This document shows positions 54,448 through 64,000 of a stretch of 64,000 bases of DNA, in pieces. Below the pieces are notes generated by a model. It did no database searches. It saw only the letters and a program-made list of their open reading frames with translations, and was not told the origin of the DNA. Within the stretch, counting starts at the first letter, position 1; each line of letters opens with the position of its first letter. This DNA is from Phoronis australis (lineage: Eukaryota; Animalia; Phoronida). The stretch covers positions 919,148 through 983,147 of the forward strand of contig NMRA01000079.1 in NCBI GenBank assembly GCA_002633005.1, in the 5' to 3' direction. The translations under genes were made by a program, and so were the position numbers.

Positions 54448-57400
54448 GACATCCCCATCATCATCATCATCATCATCATCGTCGTCATCATCATCGTCAT
54501 CATCATCATTATCTTTATCATCACCACAACCATGATCACCACCATCATCAGCACCATAACATCATCATCACCATCATCATATCATCATCGTCATTGTTAT
54601 CACCATCACAACATCATCATCATCATCATCGCCATCCTCACCACCAATATTATTCAACAATCCAGACTCGTGTCATCCGACAGCTACAATGTAACGAGTA
54701 AAACCCCAACGTGTTAACGATGGACTGGCCTGGACTCCACTCGGTCCTAATATTTAACGGGCCTTTGACAGTCTCATATCTGTTGTAGTGGAACTTAATA
54801 TGCGACTTGGCATATGTCAGCGATCTCATCACCACAATCCAAATGGTCGGAGTTCTCGTTGGTGCTCTCTTGTGCGGACAGGTTGCTGACGTTTTTGGAC
54901 GAAAGAAAGTTTTGTTTGGAGTTTACAGCTCCTTGGTGGTGTTTGGGTTTGCGTCTGCATTTTCGTCCTCCTGGCCAGTATACGCCGTCATGCGCTTCAT
55001 TATAGGAGCTTCGCTCGGAGGTTCGTACTTTAATAAAGTTCCAATTTAAACCATTAAGACAAAACTGCCAACTTTAAGATTAAAATAGACATGCAGATCG
55101 AAAGAAAGAAACAGATGCAGCACATACTAAAATACAAACCACTTAAGAGTGACAAATGCATCATCAGAAATTGATTATGTGACGTGATTGCACCGCATGC
55201 ATTTGGACGAATTCGCAATGTGTTTGAAAACGAGGTGTTGTGTCCAAACTACAATGGTTCTGCATTTTTACAAATGATGATAATAGGGGGAATTCTGACG
55301 TAAAAAATCAGGTTTTGCAGTGCTACAAAGGTGCTAGTATTGAATGCAGGTATTTCCTTCCTGATCGACAGACCATTTTCGTTCACACGTGATCGCAACT
55401 CGTTTCTCGCCCTTTGCATTCCATCTACCCCAAAGCATGTCTTTAACAATATGCTTTTTTTTCTTTGGCTGTCCGTGACAAAAACGAATGTAGTTCGTAA
55501 GAAAAAAGGTGCTACGAAGGTTACGCTTATAGTGCCTTGAAAAAAGGCACGCTTAGAGTCGAGTATGAGACTTAGGGTCCGGGTATATTATTTTTATCAT
55601 TTTATTCTACTTTTGTGGGAACTCATTGTCGATTTAAATGACTACTATATGTTTATTATTCTGAGGTCGTGTACATATTGGCTTTGTAGCTAGCTTTCCG
55701 AACCTAGTTTGCACTTGAAAACCCCACAATAAAAATGAGCCTGGAATCGAAATTCCAAGTCTTAATAGAGCTTGTAGCAGGGGTATACATGTGTAGCGAT
55801 CAGCAGGCGCAAACTTGGATTAGAGGTCCATTTGGGTAAATCATGAGGTGCTCGGCTAAAGACTGATTGTCATTTATCTTGAGTTCGCACGAAAGTAAAA
55901 CGGAAAACGACAAGAATAATGTCGAGTTCGACTTCGAGTACAAAGATTTGTTCCTGGCCCTAGAGGTTCGGTACTTAGAATGTTGTTTTGGTTCAGCAAG
56001 CAGTGGAAATAACGTATCTCTAATGTGTACTTCACAAACTGTTTAAAGATCCGTTTTTAAGACGTATTTATGGTACATGACATATGGGTCTTTTACAGTG
56101 AAGCAAATCTAGTGTGATCAAGCGCTTTACTCGGGTATTGCTTTTCGATATCTCAATAAAACCTGCATCGACAGAGCGTCTACCTGAGCCATATTTGAAT
56201 TCATTCAAGTTTTTAGATAGACTGGGCAGATTCGGATGAAGAGTGGGGATCAGGAGCTTTACCCCTTCCCCTGGGACAGGGTCAGAACTGAAATAAAAAA
56301 CGTCGCCAGAAAAAAAAAACAAAATCTGCTACTAAAACAAAAAAAATCTTACACTAGAGGGGGAAAACCCTCCCGACCTTCCCCGCTCGGACTTACCGCC
56401 CCCTTACTCAACGAAAATCTGCCACTGCGGGGGTTATGCTAATCGTCTTCCCGTGTTATGCTGCGTCAATATGTATTCCTGAGCGCCACCTTTTTCTGAA
56501 ACAATATAGCGAACCAAAATTAGGATCAATACACCAACAACTGCGAAAAGGGAAAGTAGTTGGCACTATTAATTCTTTGCAATTTACTATAAACGGCAGT
56601 AACACAAAGGTATACTTTTTATAGGATTGCTTGTCGTATCGTATGTTGTTCCAATGGAAATCGTATCGCCTCGGTGGAGAAACCTTTGCGGCTGTATCAC
56701 GTTTTGGGGGCTTGGTGTCGCATTTCTGGCGTTTCTGGCATATCTAGTACGAGACTGGCGAAATCTAGTGATGGTTGCGACAGCGCCAGGATTGATCGTT
56801 TTATTGTCGTGGTGGTAAGTTTCTTTATTTACTTTTCGCGTAAATGCATACAAGCTGCCCAAATTAGTCGAGCTATACCGTTGAAAATGCATTTTGGGAT
56901 TGCTGTAAAGGCTAGACTTTTTGAAGTTATAAGGTTTGGGTTAAATTCATAACAGGTGCTTTAGAGATGTTAATATAAATTGCGAATTCTCGCCGAAATC
57001 ACGACTCCCACTCAACGCGCTGATGTTAGTCATTCATACATGTATCTCTGCTATTAGAGTTCGCTGTGACTCGGGAGCGGAGGCCTCCATGTTCGATATT
57101 ACCCTGATCCAAATCTCTAAAAATACCTTTCTCATCGATAATGTCCAGTTAATACCCTGGAAAGTCTCTTAACCTCGCTTTAAGCGTTTCGACTTAAGCT
57201 GGGCCTGCCTCATTGCGTTTTTGAATTAGTAATATTCTAATGTTCAGTGGAACAAGATAATGGAAATGCATTGAAATTGGCATACATGTACATTATCCTT
57301 CTTCGAACTTCTCCATTTACAAACCGATTTAATAGCATTCTTTTTTGGCTACAGTGACGTTAAGGAGATGGTTTTGAGTCAGTGAAGCGGTCGTGGTACG

Positions 57401-60400
57401 GTGGTCTAGGACGTTGTGGGGTTTTAGAACAATCCCCACACAGCCACTTGGTTTGCATAGTGGACGAATACTATGCTGAGCTCTGAATTAACCCACTGAA
57501 GTACATGACAACACAAACTCTCCAGCTTTGTTCATTGTCAGAAAAATACCGCGCATACAGTTTCCGTGAGTCCATATCCGCTGCTTAAGCGCTGTAACTG
57601 GCATTCTTTTAATATCTTGTGCAGGTGGATTCCTGAAAGCCCACGATGGTTACTCATGCACAATAGACTACAAGAAGCTCGCGATATCATCACAGCCATA
57701 GCTACTTGCAACAAGAAATCTGTGCCAGATCTGTCAAGATTGGCAGCATATGGCAAGGTCTGTTTCGAAACTGCTGGGAAGTCAATAGTAGCAGACGACA
57801 TATTAGTGAGCCTCTTCCAAGCACTGAGTCCTAAGTTAAAACAGTCTAGTAGTCAGTATACATACAGCGATAACATAACTCAGAAACGTGTTTATCTTAG
57901 TTATTTTCATTGTTTACTCATCCACAGTATACTTCCTCTCTAGCGTCTTCTCCAGTGTGCAACATCTCGATGCACTGGAACTGCGCAACTTTGTGTTTGG
58001 CACCACAATTGAAAACTGTTTGCTATCAGTCAACTGGGGCAAAATTTCCTGAAACCTCATCCTGGAACTCGTGCAAGTAGTTTAAGCAATCATGGGAAAC
58101 CGAGTCGCGTTAGGCGCGTAAGCGAAACTCAACCTGAACTGAAATTTTATTATGAAGACTTGAAATTTGAAACATGGCTTTCATGTGAACTATGTCTTAA
58201 CTTCACTTTTATGTTCTTCAGAAAGAAAGAGAAGGCCAAGCTGCTAATCGTGCTTACAGCTACTGGCATTTATTTGAAACTTGGAAAACGGCGAAGATAA
58301 CATTGCTGGCCATGTATGCTTGGTAAGGAAATAATCATATTTACTGCAACGCCCACCGAGAAGATGAGCTGCTTTTGACTCACCATAGCCCACCGTACGC
58401 TTGTTCACGACTAACTATACTGGGCTTCTCTCTGTCGCATTGCGTATGTTGTGTGCTAAACAACAAATTGGCGCCTATTCTCCATTTGAAGGATGAAAAA
58501 TAAACCTGTAGTGTAGGTTGTCTCCCAATATAAATATCTTGGGGTGTTTTTATGCCAATATTTGGTTGGTCCAAAGCGACTAAAACTCAGGCACGTCAAG
58601 GTATGTCAATCTCTAAATTTAGAAGGCGGTGCACGAAATTACAATTACTTGAACTGGCCAAAGATCGCTGTGCCAGCTATGTGCCATGGTGTGGAAATCT
58701 GGTGATTCATAGAAATACGAATGTCTTGAATATGTATATCTTAAATTCCGTAAAACTGCTCTTGGAGTTGGAAACTCTTGCTCAAACTCAGCTATATTTG
58801 GTGAATGTGGAATTCATCCGCTGTATGCAAAATACTCTGTCACATGTGTAAAATATTGGCTAAAATTATTTAAAATGCCACCTACTAGATACAAAGCGGC
58901 TTATGACATGTTAGCTGATTTAGATCGGAATGGAAGAAATGTGTATCTTCTGTTAGACAAGTGCTATCAAAATACGGTTCTTACGAATCAAGGTGTCACG
59001 TGCGAAGTCTCGTCAAATATTTTCGTGCAAAGCTTAAATGACTGCTTTGAGCAAGTTGGCGATAAGAAATTGAGCATAATGCAAAACTTAAGTTAAATAC
59101 TACTGCAATTTTAAGACTCTTTACTGCTTTGAAGTATATCTTAAGTTAGCGCGCTACATAACTCTCTTATTCAAGCGTTTACTCGGTTACGTTGCTCCAA
59201 CCATAGGCTACAAGCGGAAGCGGGTAGGCATGAGAAAGTGGAATATTACAATAGATTATGTTTGATTTGCAATCATGGTGTTGTAGAGGATGAAAACCAC
59301 TTCCTGTTGATTTGCAAAGAATATTAAAAACTTTAGTCGCGTATTTTTTAAAGACTTTCAATGGAAGCACCCAATTAGGTATATTTGTTATCAAATATGT
59401 GTATTCTGCCCTTAACAGAAGAGAACAACTCTTAAATGGATTGACTGCGTGTGCAAATGAGCCCGTTTAATTTACATGTATTGTACTTTGGGCCAGATAA
59501 TCATTACATGCATTGCTACACGTATGGCCCACATGTTACGGGTTACACTGTCATTATCTCCATTGTATTGCAGGATAATCCCAAACCATATATGCCCTGT
59601 AAGGTTTCTTAGTGGAGAGTATAGAGAATCAATTTACATTAATTTTTTTGATTTGCTCCATCTCAACAAATCATGACTTTTGTCCCGGTTCCGGTTTTTA
59701 ATAATATTTAAAACCGTGATGTAACAGTAATTGTTGACCGCGGAAAAATCTACGTCATAGACCTCCTTCTATGTCGTTTAAAAGAAATGTGCATGTAAAA
59801 TGTATTATAACTTTGCTGAAGCTCGGGCACTATTGGCAATTGTTTGTTACAAAACATTTCAAACCAACCAAACCGTTGGAAAATGTCACCAGATACCTTA
59901 AAGCAGCGGAGTTTTATGCACCGTCACAGTGTAGCAAATATATTTTTGCCATGTCGTGAAATTACGCCTTGAAAACGGTGAAGGATAATACATTTTGCAC
60001 AGTTCAGCTTTGAATGCTTTGTGAATCAACCGATTCCAGATTCACCTTGAATTTATATTTGATGTCGTGTATCAATTTAGGTTCACGTGCACGGCGGTGT
60101 ATTATGGGATCAACTTAAACATGAAGAATCTCACAGGAGATCGCTACGTCAACATTTTGCTGACGGGCATCACAGAAATCCCAGTGCTTTTGATCGCGTT
60201 TGTCACCAATAACAAGTAAGCATCAACTTTTCTAAGGATTGAGCAAGAGTTATATGTTTGCAATCCAGCGTACAGCCTCGTCACCGAACCTCTGAAGGGC
60301 CCTGATCGGTCAAGCTTATACCCAACAGAGCCATCTTCACACATGCATGGGTTGAAAACACATTCCAACAACACACGACCGTATATACTGTATGGCCTGT

Positions 60401-63400
60401 TCATGCACTTGTCTATGTAGTTGCAAAAACTTATGCGCGAGCTACTTATCGAGCAGTGTATTGTGGGATATCATTGTTTCCGCTAACCTTTCCGTTAGAA
60501 AATGCTCTTACAATTGTTAGTTAAGAGACCAGTAGTCCTTAAAACACTCCTGAACAGTTTACGATATTTTAAGTGGTGTGTCCACAGAAAGTTACATCTG
60601 CAATAAGACATATGAAAATTTGTTTGGTACTTGATACTCTATTGATTCATTCCGCTCAGTTTCTGAAGTCCAGCGCCCGTAAGTTTGTGTAGGTTACTGC
60701 GGGTGACCACTTACACTGTAACAAGTGTACAACAGTTTCTTTATATTAACAGCTTCGCCTTTGTTTTACCACAATCAAGCCGTCTGGTTGTCTGTGAGTG
60801 AAATGTGTCAGAGCATTCGGCTAGTTCAACTGTTGCATTTTTTCATTAAATTTTAATAGTTAATTTTGAATTATCTTATGCTACCACAACAGATACGCCT
60901 AAATATACAATGTACACATTCCCGTGGAATCGCAATAATGAGCGTAAAGTTACTTTTATTGCATTTTGTTTATGTGTCGTTGGCTTTAAAGTGATTTCTT
61001 AAATTGTCACAACAACACTTTGCTATGTAAGAATCTGCTTTCCAGAAAATCGACTTCCCAAATAAAGAAAGTAACGCAGTTTCTAAGATCAATACTTTTT
61101 GTTATGGAACCTTTTATAGTGGAATATATATAAAGTAACAACAAGCATAACTATACTTAGAGCTAGCAGTGCAGATGTGCCAGAATCTCTCTGCACACTT
61201 TAAGAAATGTTCTTCCATTGAAGAACACAACTGTCATACACCTGACATACCCATGCTTTCATGTCCGGTCTTACTTAACTCTAAGTTGTGTAAACAACCT
61301 ACATGTACGCCGTACGACTGAGCTCAGGCCCTGAGGGAAATGTTTCTACAGCTACATGGACATTCATTGAAGTTTGTCGGGTTTTCGGATGCCGTTTCTT
61401 GATTGCCTAAGTATGCCTGTAATTTGATGCTGCGATTATTTGTGAAGAAGTCGTGGAGAGAACATATTGATGTTTTAATACAGTATAGATATACATATCG
61501 GTCGTAACAACTTTGAAGATAGCATATTAAAAGTTTCATTTAAAACTTTCCCAACGAAATGATATTCCAAAGCCAACACGTTTGTGTACTACTGGTTTGA
61601 GAGTGGGGCCGTCACAGACAGATTGTTAGCCGCGTTGTGTACGAGGGACGTGCGACCTCTGTGCGACTTCAAGGAAAGCAGCACGCTCTGTCCAAGACTG
61701 TCAAAGTCTTTATTTTGCTGTCGAAAATATATCCAACACTAAACCGACTTATCATTGAAACTGAGCTTACTTAGACTCATTTTTCCCTTCTTCTCCCAGA
61801 GCAGGTCGCCGTTACACGTCATCCGGGTTCTTGGTGCTTGGAACAGCCGCCATGTTTATAACTCTTGCCTTGGACATTACAGGTACAAATTACACCTTTT
61901 TTGGGATCGGATTAGCAAATTCAAGACAGTTGATGATTTTGAGAATGTGTGAGGTCATGTAAACTGCCAAATGCTTTAATTAACTATGCTAAGATTCCTT
62001 TCAATTTTAAACATGGCAATTTACGCTTGTGCCTCTTGAGCTCAAGAACTTGAATGCATGGTGAAGAAAACCTGTTCTTGGCGCCCTTTTGAATTCAAGT
62101 TCTTCTATATTACTTCATTGCACGACCGTCAGTGACATTTTAGTGGCGTTAATTTAGCCCGTAATGTAAGTTTTTAAAGATACTTTCATGACGTTAAAAC
62201 TATGTCACCCAGAAATATACATCGTTTGTTTACCGATATGGCAACCCCTAATAGGCCTACTACCACTTGGTGTCAACCAACACTGCTAGTTCTGGTGACG
62301 TTTACTGTTTTACAACTGCTGGTGTTGCTTTTAATTGTGCTGTCAGTGCTAACAATCTTCTACTCAGGAGCCAACACTGCGCATGTGTCTTATTATCACA
62401 ACAACATTATACTTGCTTTTTACCTATTAACATTTATTATAGACGAACTTCCCACACAGTTCTCTGAAACAAAATAATGCTGTTTAATCCTCCACAAGCA
62501 TTAAGCACTGGGAGAAAAAAGTTGTAAATTGTTTTCTTAGTTTGCTATATGCCACGAATTGTACTGTTGCGCCTTGCTTACCTCAAACTCCAACTGCTCC
62601 CTATTGGTTTGGCAATTGGTTCAAGTAGTGTATGTTAAATGCCCAACAGAATTATTTGTGAACCTATTGTGGTAAATTTAAACAATCGTTTTGGATTGGA
62701 GAAATCACGTTCAAAATTCAAAAATCTATACACGTGCGTTATGATATTCACAAGCTTCCAAAAATTTGAAAGTACACGGTACACTTGTCGCCCCCAGTGT
62801 GTTAGTAGTGGTTCACTAATCCAAAGAACGATAAAAGTAACAGCTGAGGCGATTCAATTAACCAAAACACAAGCGTGTCTTTGATCTGAATCGACAAACC
62901 CTGTGATGCGCAAACCAATCTCGACCGGTAAAGGTGCCAACGTAGGATTTTTTCGTGAAATCGCTTTAGGCGACTAATACTACCACTGTAGGTAAAAAAA
63001 CTCACCAAGGACCATAATATCCAACCTGACAAAGATTGTCCGAGTTAAATCCTGCTTTTACCGTAGAAGTGGGACACCTCAGACGTAGCTGATGACAGAA
63101 ACACGAATGGTTGGAATTACCGAAACACGGTTTATTATACGTTTATGTTCCACTAACACCCTCCCTAAAACGTTGGTGGAATTTTCACTTCAAGGTCTTT
63201 AATCTCATGTATACCCATGCCCCTCACCACGTTTCACTCATGGTACAAGTTTGAAAAGACACGAGGTAGCCTCGCATTCAAGCAAAAGTGCGTTTATTAA
63301 ATTATCTTCCTATTCGCTGCACAATACAGCGTAATTAGGGTTTGTCTCTTCGCAGTTTAACATCTACGTTTTTGAACGCATGCTATTTAGATGCAGTGTG

Positions 63401-63648
63401 GACAAACTGAGCCGGTCTTAAACTTTCGGCAATGTTTATAACGTAGATTTTTTATTGTACTTGGGTTGTTTTCTTTTTTAAGCTGATGTGAGTATAATGA
63501 TGTGCGTGCGTCAATTTTTGTTTTCAGGAAAGATAGATGAACTGCAAGACCTAACGGTTGCCATCGTTATAGTTGGTCAAGGCGCTATCGCAGGAGGGTG
63601 GGCCACTACGATGCTGTTTTCAGCGGAAAGTTTTCCAACAGTTACTAG
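46881..63648 (+). CDS. SLC22-family transporter, gene 2 (tandem paralogue), 3'-partial: exons 46881-47204, 54789-55020, 56625-56814, 57625-57757, 58222-58322, 60081-60215, 61800-61882, 63528-63648; exons 9-10 expected beyond the window
   Basis: Exons 2-8 have exactly the same lengths and phases as gene 1 (232, 190, 133, 101, 135, 83, 121). No stops; GT-AG throughout. Confidence 0.94.
48185..48540 (-). mobile_element. Possible heavily decayed Tc1/mariner transposase N-terminal (HTH) fragment
   Basis: Minus-strand 'KSRIICLQREAG...' and 'IVSPVTIQRI' resemble paired-HTH segments; by-eye resemblance only. Confidence 0.3.
48905..49255. repeat. Dispersed repeat family B, copy 2
   Basis: Alignable by eye to 31105-31400 and 60645-60900. 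Confidence 0.78.
49480..49549 (-). pseudogene. Degenerate tRNA-like sequence (tRNA pseudogene or SINE head)
   Basis: Minus strand GTCGTGGTGGTGTAGTGTTAAAGCAT...GTGAGTTCGAGTCTC has A-box and B-box at tRNA spacing, but the acceptor and anticodon stems do not close. Confidence 0.55.
49545..54450 (+). repeat. Direct duplication of about 2.4-2.5 kb around a single N (haplotype-overlap artefact likely)
   Basis: 49545-52056 and 52058 to about 54450 are nearly identical with scattered SNPs and indels; N at 52057 ends a (CAT)n run. Confidence 0.9.
51955..52056 (+). repeat. (CAT)n microsatellite
   Basis: Near-pure cat repeats. Confidence 0.95.
54385..54645 (+). repeat. Compound (CAT/CAC)n microsatellite
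   Basis: cat/cac/cgt repeats that produce a spurious poly-His ORF. Confidence 0.95.
54789..55020 (+). CDS. SLC22 gene 2 exon 2
   Basis: ttgtag|TGG; WNLICD...GQVADVFGRKK...|gttcgt. Confidence 0.92.
56625..56814 (+). CDS. SLC22 gene 2 exon 3
   Basis: ttatag|GA; ...VRDWRNL...|gtaagt. Confidence 0.92.
57625..57757 (+). CDS. SLC22 gene 2 exon 4
   Basis: gtgcag|G; WIPESPRW...YGK|gtctgt. Confidence 0.92.
58222..58322 (+). CDS. SLC22 gene 2 exon 5
   Basis: cttcag|; KEREGQAANRAYSYWHLF...|gtaagg. Confidence 0.9.
58660..59450 (+). mobile_element. 5'-truncated, decayed non-LTR retrotransposon (RTEX-like ORF2 C-terminus)
   Basis: Translates across frameshifts to ...YLKFRKTALGV...AIFGECGIHPL...VKYWLKL...Y..FK...FTRLRCSNHRLQAEAGRH...RLCLICNHGVVEDENHFLLICKEY, a post-RT CCHC-like motif typical of RTEX-type ORF2. 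Confidence 0.78.
60081..60215 (+). CDS. SLC22 gene 2 exon 6
   Basis: atttag|G; FTCTAVYYGINL...TEIPV...|gtaagc. Confidence 0.92.
60645..61340. repeat. Dispersed repeat family B, copy 3
   Basis: Alignable by eye to 31105-31805 over most of its length. Confidence 0.8.
61800..61882 (+). CDS. SLC22 gene 2 exon 7
   Basis: ctcccag|A; AGRRYTSSGFL...LDIT|gtacaa. Confidence 0.9.
63528..63648 (+). CDS. SLC22 gene 2 exon 8
   Basis: ttttcag|GA; VGQGAIAGGW...AESFPTVT|gtaacg. Confidence 0.92.
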
Positions 63649-64000
63649 GTAACGTGAGGGATGAATAATTACTTCTAGACTTGGCTGAGCTGCCATCTCC
63701 TTTCCGGCGGCAGTATTTACGGTACCGCTCCAAATTTTTTAATTGAACTGAGAATGAGTTGTAACGGTATTGCCTTCAAGAATTTACGTGAATAATATTG
63801 CCTTCATTGTTCACTTGCAAATAATCCCCGCCCCCCAAAACCGTGTCTACATTTAATTGACTGGAGCTTCCGTCCAACTAATCAACCTGGGCTTGGAAGT
63901 TGGAATTAAAATACAATGTACAGTATTCACTTTTACACGTACGGTCCATCGGGAATGCTCGTAATCACAAGCAATCTCATTGGTCGCTGAAATTGACGTC

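Noticed and set aside
54297-54701. Poly-His ORF, and poly-Met ORFs at 51842-52054 and 54363-54557
   Set aside because: These are translations of (CAT)n microsatellites inside an intron.
57386-57460. Possible tRNA/SINE head (gtcgtggtacggtggtctagg)
   Set aside because: It has an A-box-like start only, with no B-box or cloverleaf.
1-64000. CRISPR array, operon, rRNA or intact tRNA
   Set aside because: I saw no repeat-spacer periodicity or RNA-gene signatures; the sequence is spliced eukaryotic DNA.

Overview
This is eukaryotic, AT-rich, intron-rich animal DNA from a heterozygous draft assembly with single-N joins at 6613, 20964 and 52057. It looks like a marine invertebrate, but the species cannot be determined. 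Most entries in the ORF track are spurious; the real genes are spliced, and all are on the + strand. (1) A classical short-chain dehydrogenase/reductase has 4 exons at 1225-9013; its N-terminal exon was not found in the window. (2) A complete 10-exon SLC22 (SLC22A15/OCTN-like) transporter spans 15491-38070. It has TWO intact, diverged, interchangeable first coding exons (15491-15808 and 17077-17379) feeding one set of downstream exons. (3) A tandem SLC22 paralogue with identical lengths for exons 2-8 starts at 46881 and runs off the window after exon 8. The introns contain two Kolobok deletion derivatives with THAP and KolX-like remnants, a decayed Academ-like transposase, an RTEX-like LINE end, MITEs, a 149-bp near-perfect palindrome, microsatellites and two haplotype-overlap duplications. 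The most notable signals are the variable-first-exon SLC22 architecture and a strong excess of TACATGTA. That octamer is caught as a TA/TACATGTA indel between the two haplotype copies, matching a Tc1/mariner excision footprint. All alignments and counts were made by eye.
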